DNA of 32,000 nucleotides from Ignicoccus islandicus DSM 13165 (GTDB lineage Archaea; Thermoproteota; Thermoprotei_A; Sulfolobales; Ignicoccaceae): NCBI RefSeq assembly GCF_001481685.1, contig NZ_CP006867.1, positions 330,001 to 362,000 of the forward strand, read 5' to 3'. Shown piece by piece: positions 25,458 to 32,000 of this stretch (position 1 is its first letter; each line of letters starts with the position of its first letter). The notes under the pieces were generated by a model. It saw only the letters and a program-made list of their open reading frames with translations, ran no database searches and was not told where the DNA came from. The position numbers and the translations under genes were made by a program.

Positions 25458-26411
25458 TTACTGTACAGTTAGAGGTACAGTGGTCTCCCAAGTGCTGCCG
25501 TCTTGGAATTGTAGCCTAATGTCAACATTATCCATTACGTTGGGATTGACCTTCTGGCACCATATTACTAAGCTCCAGTCGTCTTGGCCGACCTTGGCTA
25601 GGTCGAAAGTGTCAATTGCTCTTTGTTGGGCGTTGGTACCGTCATGGTATGCTACATTTAGGGTACTGCCAGTCCACCTATCGTACCTTATCACAGCGTT
25701 AGTACTCTTGAAGTTGGTCTCTACCTTGTTAGTGCTTGGGTAAGTCACTTCCCAGACACCAGCTACTATGGTCGCAAACGAGTCGGTAGTGTAAGTGTTG
25801 GTACCATCTGTTGCATAGATGTATGCGGTGGTAGTGCCAGTGGGTGCAGTAATTCCATCCGTTAGATCTGCATCAGTTACTTGACCTTTAGCACCAACTC
25901 CTTGCGTGTTCGCAAAGGCTAATACTATACCTCCCGGAGGTAGTTGATCGTTGCCGTCTAGCTGACCTGCGGTTTGGCCACCAAATCCGGCGAACGCAAT
26001 ACCGTAGGATTGCAATCCTCCAGCAGTACTACCTGTATGCTGGTCGTCTGTGCTTTGTAGGAAGGCTGCGTAGTGGCAGAGTATCCTACCAGCGTAAATT
26101 ACGTCTACGTTGTCGATGGTTACTAGGTTTTGACCAGCTCCAGCGCCGCCTACAGCAGCCGGTGGAGCCTTGAAGGATATTATTAGTACTGGGTAGTCGA
26201 CCTTGAATCCTGCGCCGGTACCGTCACGATAATCACCCATTGCCCAAGTAGCTTGTATTACAGTTAGGGTCTTTCCGGTCACTTGGCTTCCAGCCACGTT
26301 GGCGCTCAGGCTACCTACCCAAGTGTAGAGCAAGACGGCAGCTGCGACGGCGATGAGTATTAGCAGTAGGGTCGCTATAACCGGGGAAACTCCCTTCCTT
26401 AGGGCCTTCAT
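25458..26411 (-). CDS. Archaeal type IV pilin-like protein (class III signal peptide)
   Basis: MKALRKG|VSPVIATLLLILIAVAAAVLLYTWV is a textbook prepilin N-terminus. GGTGAGAG lies upstream of the ATG at 26411, with an alternative ATG at 26423. A ~285-aa Gly/Thr/Ala/Asp-rich domain follows. The track ORF runs on to 26762 only as antisense of aroE. Confidence 0.8.
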   Translation of the reverse strand: MKALRKGVSPVIATLLLILIAVAAAVLLYTWVGSLSANVAGSQVTGKTLTVIQATWAMGDYRDGTGAGFKVDYPVLIISFKAPPAAVGGAGAGQNLVTIDNVDVIYAGRILCHYAAFLQSTDDQHTGSTAGGLQSYGIAFAGFGGQTAGQLDGNDQLPPGGIVLAFANTQGVGAKGQVTDADLTDGITAPTGTTTAYIYATDGTNTYTTDSFATIVAGVWEVTYPSTNKVETNFKSTNAVIRYDRWTGSTLNVAYHDGTNAQQRAIDTFDLAKVGQDDWSLVIWCQKVNPNVMDNVDIRLQFQDGSTWETTVPLTVQ

Positions 26412-26442
26412 GTCTCTCACCATTCCTCGTGTTTGATAACCC

Positions 26443-27285
26443 ATGGAATGGCTTATAAGGTGGGGTGGTGTTTTGAAGTACAAAACTTTCGCAGTTATTG
26501 GGAAACCTATAGAACATAGTCTATCTCCCTTACTCCATTCGATTTCATTCGAACTCATGGGGATAAGGGCGTGGTACACTAAGGTCGAAGTGGGAAAGGA
26601 GGAGTTAGGCGAGTTTATGAGAACGGCTCCGAAGCTCTTCACCGGAATTAACGTAACTATACCGCTGAAAGAGGAAGTAACGAAGTACTTGGACGAAGTA
26701 AGGGGCGTTGCGAGGGAAGTAGGCGCCGTTAATACGGTTAAGTTCGAGGGAGGCAAGGCCATAGGCTACAACACGGACGTAGAGGGAGTTAGGAAAGCAG
26801 TTTCTACCCAAATAGAACCTAAAGGGCTTAGAGTCGCGATTATAGGGGCCGGGGGAGCGGCGAGGGCGGCAGTAGTCGCCTTCTACAAGGACAATGAAGT
26901 AACTATATTTAATAGAACGGAAGAGAGGGGTAGGAAGTTAGCAGAGGAATTCGGCGTCGAATTTCAGCCTCTCTCTAATTACGAATTAATTAAGGAATTC
27001 GATCTGGTGGTGAACGCCACTCCAGTAGGCCTAGGGGGGAGGGGCGTACCAATACCTCCGGAAGCCTTGAGGGAGGGCCAAGTGGTAATGGACATGGTGT
27101 ACAACCCCCTACTAACCCCCCTCTTGAGGAATGCCTTGTTAAAGGGCTGCAAAGTAGTAGACGGGCTGAAAATGTTGGTAATTCAAGGCTTGGAAAGCGA
27201 GGTTATATGGCTTGGACTTGCACCGACTTGGGAGAAGGTTTACTCTAAGTTGCTAGCTAAATTAGCTCAAAATCGCGAAAACTGA
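26443..27285 (+). CDS. aroE: Shikimate 5-dehydrogenase
   Basis: Has FAVIGKPIEHSLSPLLH, NVTIPLKE, AVNTV, GYNTDVEG and IIGAGGAARA. The TTG at 26473 (MKYKTFAVIG, with AAGGTGGGG upstream) may be the true start. Confidence 0.85.
   Translation: MEWLIRWGGVLKYKTFAVIGKPIEHSLSPLLHSISFELMGIRAWYTKVEVGKEELGEFMRTAPKLFTGINVTIPLKEEVTKYLDEVRGVAREVGAVNTVKFEGGKAIGYNTDVEGVRKAVSTQIEPKGLRVAIIGAGGAARAAVVAFYKDNEVTIFNRTEERGRKLAEEFGVEFQPLSNYELIKEFDLVVNATPVGLGGRGVPIPPEALREGQVVMDMVYNPLLTPLLRNALLKGCKVVDGLKMLVIQGLESEVIWLGLAPTWEKVYSKLLAKLAQNREN
26452..26459. promoter_or_regulatory. Palindromic TATA-like element CTTATAAG in the pilin/aroE divergent region
   Basis: It is centred about 44 nt upstream of the pilin ATG, which implies a TSS near 26429 and a short SD-containing leader. 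Its relation to aroE is unclear because the aroE start could be 26443 or 26473. Confidence 0.35.
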
Positions 27286-27351
27286 ATTCCTTACGTCTAA
27301 CTGGGCTGACCGCTTATTACCAATTGTTTCTTCGAAGGTTGAGGGGATTCA

Positions 27352-27933
27352 TTGAGGAACGCTAAGTTATATGAAATGATGAAAGAGGGCTGGAAAGTCG
27401 ACGAAGTTAGGAAGGAGCTCGACTTACTCCCGAGCGACTTAAGGGCCTTAGTAATGGTCTTCAAGAGGATGGGAATTGGCGTGCATCGCTCCAACGGTAA
27501 GTTCATTATTAGAGAATTACCCAAGCAAGAGGTGATTCTCAGAACTCCAGTCGACCTAGTAATGGCCACAGTTCAAGCAACGAAGATACTCAGATTCATA
27601 TATGGTGAGAACGTTACCTTGGTCTGGCCCAACGCCGTTGCGCTCGGAAAGGACGTAATAGCTAAAGTGGAGGGTCCCAGTTTGAGGGTAAAGGGATTAG
27701 ACAAATACTTGGAAGGGGCTATAATTAAGCAGACGAGGGACTCGTTAAGGAGGAAGAAACTGGGCGAGACGATGAGGATAGCTAACGTAATGTTATATAA
27801 GGATCAATATAAGTTCTTTTTAAAGAACGGTGAAGCCGTAAAAGCCAGAGTCGAACTAGTTAACTTAAGCGGGAGAGCGAGGACTAGCATAGGCGAACTG
27901 AGAGTAGAGGACGTTAACGGAATAGAGCTATGA
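27352..27933 (+). CDS. BirA-like protein: winged-HTH plus a truncated biotin-protein-ligase-like core and C-terminal SH3-like segment
   Basis: An N-terminal HTH-like segment (LLPSDLRALVMVFKRMGIGVHRSNGKFII) is followed by ..VTLVWPNAVALGKDVIAKVEG (compare BirA KWPNDLYL..KLAGILVE) and a C-terminal G.AVKARVELVN..G...IGELRVE block. No GRGRxGR biotin loop is present. This call rests on memory of BirA only. Confidence 0.4.
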   Translation: MRNAKLYEMMKEGWKVDEVRKELDLLPSDLRALVMVFKRMGIGVHRSNGKFIIRELPKQEVILRTPVDLVMATVQATKILRFIYGENVTLVWPNAVALGKDVIAKVEGPSLRVKGLDKYLEGAIIKQTRDSLRRKKLGETMRIANVMLYKDQYKFFLKNGEAVKARVELVNLSGRARTSIGELRVEDVNGIEL

Positions 27934-28073
27934 GCGCGTTAGGGAATGTAATTCCGTATCGGACCTTTCTATCTAATTCTTACGTTACCTCCCCTCCCGC
28001 TGCTTTGAATAGGAAATTATCATTAAATCGGATCGAGAACTAGCGATTCCCTAAGGCGAGGCGAATATGCTTC

Positions 28074-28346
28074 TCAACCCCTTGCAATTGCAATTGCAGT
28101 GCCCCAACCCTCCCTCTTCCTCCCAATGGGATCGCTACTCATCGAGTCACCGAGTTTTTCGGTTAGTACTTGGAGCACATCTCTATAGCTCGCCTCCACG
28201 TAAATTCGCGTTCCTATTGGAACTATTAAGGCCGGCTCCTTCGGTTTATTGCTGGCCAAGCTCCAACCCGTTCTCACTACCTCTAATGATAGTTCTCTTT
28301 TGGGAATCATTACTTTCCTTACATTCAATTTATTCTTTAAGAGCAT
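28074..28346 (-). pseudogene. Hypothetical ORF, possibly the 3' part of a frameshifted gene
   Basis: Its codon usage is genome-typical (AGG/AGA/AAG/GTA). The same frame stays open upstream to 28403 without a start codon. An ATG at 28407 lies one frame off (MKSLEEPGRAEST*). A single-nt indel near 28389 would fuse the two. Confidence 0.35.
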
Positions 28347-28856
28347 TTCACCAATCTTCTTAATTTCATGTCGACTCAGCTCTACCAGGTTCTTCCAAGG
28401 ACTTCATTGAGCAAGGCTGGGGCGATTAGGACTATCTCCCAACGTTTCGAGTTCCGATCCCTAGAACTAAATACCGTTCCAATTTAGCGCTACTCCCAAC
28501 GCTTACTTGAGCTAAACCTTGATCTCCTCCGAACCTTATGGTTTCGTCTAATGTATTTCGAATACGAAACAAGGAGGTTATCGAAATAGCCGCCAAGGCC
28601 AGCAAGGGATACAATGCGTTCGAATTGATAGAGGGTCCAGATAGTTGCTTCCAGCGATTCAAATTAATTGGCTACGAATTCCCTCCGTGAAGTTTTTAGT
28701 TCGCCGATCCCAAGCCGTTTTGAAGCTTTAGTGTCTCGCAACGTCTCTTCAACAATTTTCAGCGAGACCGAGGCGAAGAAGATCGTCGGCCTCTAGAGCG
28801 AAACGGAAAGCCTTAAATGCGTTAGTAGCGAATTCTCTCTTTGAAAGGGTTCAGAA

Positions 28857-30014
28857 TTGAAACACTTACTCTTAGTTATCTCATTACTTGCGATAATTCA
28901 AGCCCTCCACTTCCAAAAGGTTCTGATCGGCCACGTCAAAGCCCCCTTGCATTCCATTGTCCTAGACAACTACTTGGTAGTCGCGGGCGATAACTGCATT
29001 TACGCTTACGACCTAGAAGGTAACGCTTATTGGAACGAGTGCCTCGACTCTCCCGTTACGGACTTAGACTTATACGGTAACAGAGTAGCCATTGCGACTA
29101 TCAATGGTACAGTTTACTTACGTAGCGATGGAGAACTGCGTAAGGTAATCGAGGGAAGGGAATTCTCCTACAGCGTGAAGCTGCTGCGAGATTCGTTAAT
29201 AGCGTGTAACACTACTTGCGCTCTAGTAGATCTAAGAGGCAACTTAATATGGAAAAGGGAAATAGGGGTAGTAACTGACTTAGAAGTGAAAGGGGATTAC
29301 GTATACGTTGCTCATGGGAAAGCTAAAGGCATTGGTGGAACGCCCGGCTTTAGTGTGTTATCTCTAAGGGATGGGAAGGTTCTCTTCCAGAAAATTGAGT
29401 GGAGGGAAGGGGAAAGCGTTTACAAAGAGAGCGTTTCGAGCGTGGACGTTTGTTCCGATAAGCTTGTTCTAGGAGGACTGATCTTCGTTTATCTATTCAA
29501 TATCTCTAACCCACTTGAACCGAAGCTATTATGGAGGAAGGACTTTGAGGGCCTGCTGGTTGCCTCTTCGGTCCGCTTCTCGCCGAATTGCAGCTCAATA
29601 GCCGTTGCATCCTATTACGGGAGAAAGGTGTACTTCTTGGACCTTGGGGGTAACGTAATAGGGGAACTGAGCTTCGGGGACAAAGTAACTGACTTGGATT
29701 GGAAGCGTTACTTGGCAGTTGGTCTAGAAAACGGAACCTTCTACTTGTTTGGAAATTTGAGCGCACCGAAGGCCTTTACTGTAACGGAGACGGTAACGAA
29801 GGAGCTAGTTAGAACGGCTACTGAGACCGTAACTACTCACTTATACACAACCGTTCTATTAACTTCTACAAAGACTGTTACATTTACGAGCACTGAAACG
29901 GTCACTGTAAAGGAAGATTTGAACAAGTTTTTGATAACAGTAGCAGCGATAGTGGTTGCCGTCTCAGCAGTGAACGGTCTGCTCTTGTTCAAATTCGTGA
30001 TTAGAAGGCACTAA
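28857..30014 (+). CDS. Surface-anchored beta-propeller (PQQ/BamB-like repeat) protein with a Thr/Val-rich stalk and C-terminal TM anchor
   Basis: Signal peptide MKHLLLVISLLAIIQA. It has reiterated ~40-aa units (..VVAGDNCIYAYDLEGN.., ..VAIATINGTVYLRSDG.., ..YVYVAHGK.., ..LAVGLENGTFYLFG). The stalk is TVTETVTKELVRTATETVTTHLYTTVLLTSTKTVTFTSTETVTV. The terminal TM is followed by RRH. Confidence 0.7.
   Translation: MKHLLLVISLLAIIQALHFQKVLIGHVKAPLHSIVLDNYLVVAGDNCIYAYDLEGNAYWNECLDSPVTDLDLYGNRVAIATINGTVYLRSDGELRKVIEGREFSYSVKLLRDSLIACNTTCALVDLRGNLIWKREIGVVTDLEVKGDYVYVAHGKAKGIGGTPGFSVLSLRDGKVLFQKIEWREGESVYKESVSSVDVCSDKLVLGGLIFVYLFNISNPLEPKLLWRKDFEGLLVASSVRFSPNCSSIAVASYYGRKVYFLDLGGNVIGELSFGDKVTDLDWKRYLAVGLENGTFYLFGNLSAPKAFTVTETVTKELVRTATETVTTHLYTTVLLTSTKTVTFTSTETVTVKEDLNKFLITVAAIVVAVSAVNGLLLFKFVIRRH
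29763..29912 (+). repeat. Thr/Val-rich low-complexity coding tract (TVT-type), second copy in the window
   Basis: It has the same composition and local motif (RTATETVTT here versus RTATVTST) as 13502..13831. Confidence 0.65.
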
Positions 30015-30056
30015 CCGTTTTTAGAGACCTTTTCGATGCTATAAAGGGTCTTTAGC

Positions 30057-30842
30057 TTGATCGAAACCGTTTTCCTCATCTTCTTAGCCCTGGCTATCGT
30101 AACTCCCCTCGCGAGGAGTTCAATAAAGGTAATAAACGAGTATCAGAGAGGAGTGGTGTTTCGATTAGGTAGGTACTCGGGGATCGTTGGTCCCGGCTTA
30201 GTGGTGGTAATTCCCGTAATAGATTACTTGAGAATAATTGATATGAGGGTTACTGTCGCTGACGTTCCTGAACAAAGGGCCTTAACCAAGGACAACGTAG
30301 AAGTTACAGTGGACGCTGTAGTTTACTACAGGGTCGTGGATCCGGAGAAAGCCGTTACGAGCGTGGAAGATTTCCAAGAAGCAGTAAGGTTGTTAGCTCA
30401 GACTACATTAAGAGAGGTAATAGGTCAAGTGGAGCTAGACGAGTTACTAAGCAAAAGGCAAGAACTGAATTTAAAGATGCAAGAAGCAATGGATGAAATT
30501 ACAGAGAAATGGGGGATAAAGGTAGTTAGGGTTACAATAAAGGAAATAAAATTGCCGGAAGAGCTACTTAGAGCTATCGCTAAGCAAGCTGAAGCCGAGA
30601 GGTGGAGGAGGGCCAAGATAATAGAGGCCGAAGGCGAGAAGCAAGCCTCGAGCTTACTGACGGAGGCAGCGAAGCTGTACGAAGAACACCCTGTAGCTCT
30701 TAGGCTAAGGGAGCTCCAAATGCTTCTAGAAATAGCTAAGGAGAAGAACCTAATAGTAATTGAAAGGGGAGACGGAATTGGCCTACCAGTTGCCTTAGCG
30801 AAGGGCGTTAGTAACCCATCTACAGAAGAAAAACGCACCTAA
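30057..30842 (+). CDS. Stomatin/prohibitin (SPFH, band-7) family membrane protein
   Basis: An N-terminal TM is followed by VINEYQRGVVFRLGRY...GPGL..VIPVID...TKDNV.V.VDAVVYYRV.DP. The coiled-coil region is AEAERWRRAKIIEAEGEKQA. Confidence 0.9.
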   Translation: MIETVFLIFLALAIVTPLARSSIKVINEYQRGVVFRLGRYSGIVGPGLVVVIPVIDYLRIIDMRVTVADVPEQRALTKDNVEVTVDAVVYYRVVDPEKAVTSVEDFQEAVRLLAQTTLREVIGQVELDELLSKRQELNLKMQEAMDEITEKWGIKVVRVTIKEIKLPEELLRAIAKQAEAERWRRAKIIEAEGEKQASSLLTEAAKLYEEHPVALRLRELQMLLEIAKEKNLIVIERGDGIGLPVALAKGVSNPSTEEKRT

Positions 30843-30907
30843 TCAATGTAATAGAATCGATGCCTGTATTAGGTTTTCATGCCTCCGAGAGTTAGGACCT
30901 ATGGATT

Positions 30908-31180
30908 ATGGACGCCCAACAGTACCTTTTAGGAATAGCTCTAATAAGCGTCATCGTAATACTCTTGATCTTCTCAAGCTCCGCCAAGAAAGACGAAATA
31001 GTAGGGAAGAAGGGGAGAGTAGTAAAGATCAATAAAGAAACATGGGTAGAGATTGAAGGGGAACTATGGAAGGCGCGATCAGAGGAGAAATTAAGCGAAG
31101 GAGATGAAATAGAAGTTTTAAGGAGAGTTGGCTTAACCTTAGAAGTAAAGAAAGTGGAAAAGAAGGATGACAATATATAG
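30908..31180 (+). CDS. Short NfeD-like protein (TM plus C-terminal OB-fold), stomatin partner
   Basis: An N-terminal TM is followed by GKKGRVVKINKETWVEIEGELWKARSEEKLSEGDEIEVLRRVGLTLEVKK, typical of the NfeD C-terminal domain. It lies directly downstream of the stomatin gene. Confidence 0.75.
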   Translation: MDAQQYLLGIALISVIVILLIFSSSAKKDEIVGKKGRVVKINKETWVEIEGELWKARSEEKLSEGDEIEVLRRVGLTLEVKKVEKKDDNI

Positions 31181-31231
31181 AATACGAAATAACTATGATG
31201 AAGTGAGATTAGAGACGGAATACGACTTATA

Positions 31232-31260
31232 GAGACTAACCGGTTAGGTCTATTCTTTTT
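31232..31260 (+). terminator. Hairpin plus T-tract downstream of the stomatin-NfeD pair
   Basis: GAGACTAACC/GGTTAGGTCT forms an imperfect inverted repeat with one bulge, followed by ATTCTTTTT. Confidence 0.4.
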
Positions 31261-31303
31261 AGGGATGTTTTCGTATTTCTTTCTTGCAAAGAGGTAATAT
31301 GTA

Positions 31304-32000
31304 ATGAGAAGGCTATTTGCACTACTAGTCTTAGGTATGATCGGCTTTTCGTTGAACCTAACGTTAGTCGGAAAGGCCGAAGTTGACGGAAATCCTATAA
31401 AGGTATTTATCGGCAAGGGTTATTCTATAATAGCAACTTATCAAGGGAAAATCTACGCAACTGATCTAAGTGGTAGGGTTCTAGGAGAGTACGATTTAGG
31501 AGAAGAGATATACGGAATGGACGTAAGTGGATCCGTAGTATACGTTACGACCATGGGCTTCGTTCACGCTTTCTCCTTAAACTTAAGGCCTCTAGCAAGC
31601 ATCGAGGTAGAAGAAGGATTTTCGGGTGCAATAGATGTAATTGGACCTTTCGCAGTGTTAGCTTTCTACAACATAGGTCTATTTCACTTAGATTTGGTAA
31701 ACGAAGAGGCGAAACTCGTTTGGGGATACAAGGGACTGAACGGCGTAATGCCCTTGGCCTTAAAGATAGCGTTTAGCCCATATCAGGAACGAGCTGAAAT
31801 AATATTTGGGGATATGGAAGGTAAGCTGTATTCAGTAAACCTCAAAGGGGAAGTGCTGAACAGCGGGAATTACGGCGACGTAATACTCTCTATTGACAAT
31901 TGCGGAAACTTAATTGCCATCTCGAAGGACGGCGGTTTCCTAGTAGGTTCCGGAGAGAAGGGTAAGCTTATAGAGAAAGAGACCAAGGGACCGACTTTCG
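31304..32000 (+). CDS. Signal-peptide beta-propeller repeat protein, 3' end cut by window edge (paralog of 28857..30014)
   Basis: This ORF is not in the track because there is no stop codon before the window end. The frame is open from the ATG at 31304 to 32000. Signal peptide is MRRLFALLVLGMIGFSLNLTLVGKA. Repeats include ..IIATYQGKIYATDLSGR.., ..VVYVTTMGFVHAFS.., ..IIFGDMEGKLYSVNLKGE.., ..LIAISKDGGFLVGSG. Confidence 0.65.
   Translation, partial: MRRLFALLVLGMIGFSLNLTLVGKAEVDGNPIKVFIGKGYSIIATYQGKIYATDLSGRVLGEYDLGEEIYGMDVSGSVVYVTTMGFVHAFSLNLRPLASIEVEEGFSGAIDVIGPFAVLAFYNIGLFHLDLVNEEAKLVWGYKGLNGVMPLALKIAFSPYQERAEIIFGDMEGKLYSVNLKGEVLNSGNYGDVILSIDNCGNLIAISKDGGFLVGSGEKGKLIEKETKGPTF

Noticed and set aside
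26412-26762. N-terminal 117-residue extension of the pilin ORF in the supplied track (434 aa)
   Set aside because: The extension is antisense to the well-supported aroE gene, is Ser/Thr/Pro-rich junk, and would bury the class III signal peptide internally. The ATG at 26411 has its own SD and TATA box.
30892-31416. 174-aa minus-strand ORF across the NfeD gene and downstream intergenic region
   Set aside because: It is antisense to a well-motivated NfeD-like gene and crosses the hairpin/T-tract. Its low-complexity Ser/Phe/Ile/Pro composition is typical of antisense reading of a Lys/Glu-rich gene.
1-32000. CRISPR arrays, rRNA genes, transposases/IS elements, inteins
   Set aside because: Reading the intergenic regions showed no regularly spaced direct repeats. 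No transposase or integrase motifs appear in any ORF. There are no rRNA-like GC-rich stretches and no intein-type insertions in the ATPase, synthetase or primase genes.

Overview
This is a densely packed window (about 90% coding, roughly 47% GC by eye). It looks like the chromosome of a hyperthermophilic crenarchaeon (Thermoproteota). The evidence is archaea-specific genes (primase PriL, stalk protein P1, L10e, GTP cyclohydrolase III, Rio2, UPF0216), an intron-containing tRNA, TTTAWA-type TATA boxes, GGTGA/GAGG Shine-Dalgarno motifs, and AGG/AGA/ATA codon usage.

Housekeeping genes:
- ilvD (5' partial)
- P1
- priL-gch3-amidohydrolase
- tRNA-Cys(GCA) with a 26-nt intron
- L10e
- pstCAB
- M50 protease
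- tyrS
- a Zn-ribbon/UPF0216/HTH/Rio2 gene chain
- aroE
- a stomatin-NfeD pair

Accessory and surface content:
- A type IV filament assembly core (ATPase plus two half-size FlaJ/TadC-like platform proteins) has no adjacent pilin or peptidase.
- About 14 kb away, a textbook class-III-signal-peptide pilin appears co-transcribed with a compositionally odd 511-aa polytopic membrane protein.
- Two proteins share a Thr/Val-rich stalk module.
- Two paralogous signal-peptide beta-propeller proteins flank stomatin-NfeD.

Best candidates for something undescribed:
1. The pilin plus polytopic membrane protein operon, possibly a dedicated pilin modification or anchoring module.
2. An overlapping gene pair encoding a Rossmann-like sensor-PIN nuclease and a minimal JAMM-like protein with a compressed metal motif.
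3. A 535-bp non-coding island with interleaved inverted and direct repeats, possibly a structured ncRNA.
4. An amidohydrolase-superfamily gene tightly linked to gch3.

All functional calls come from motif recognition by eye. No searches were run.
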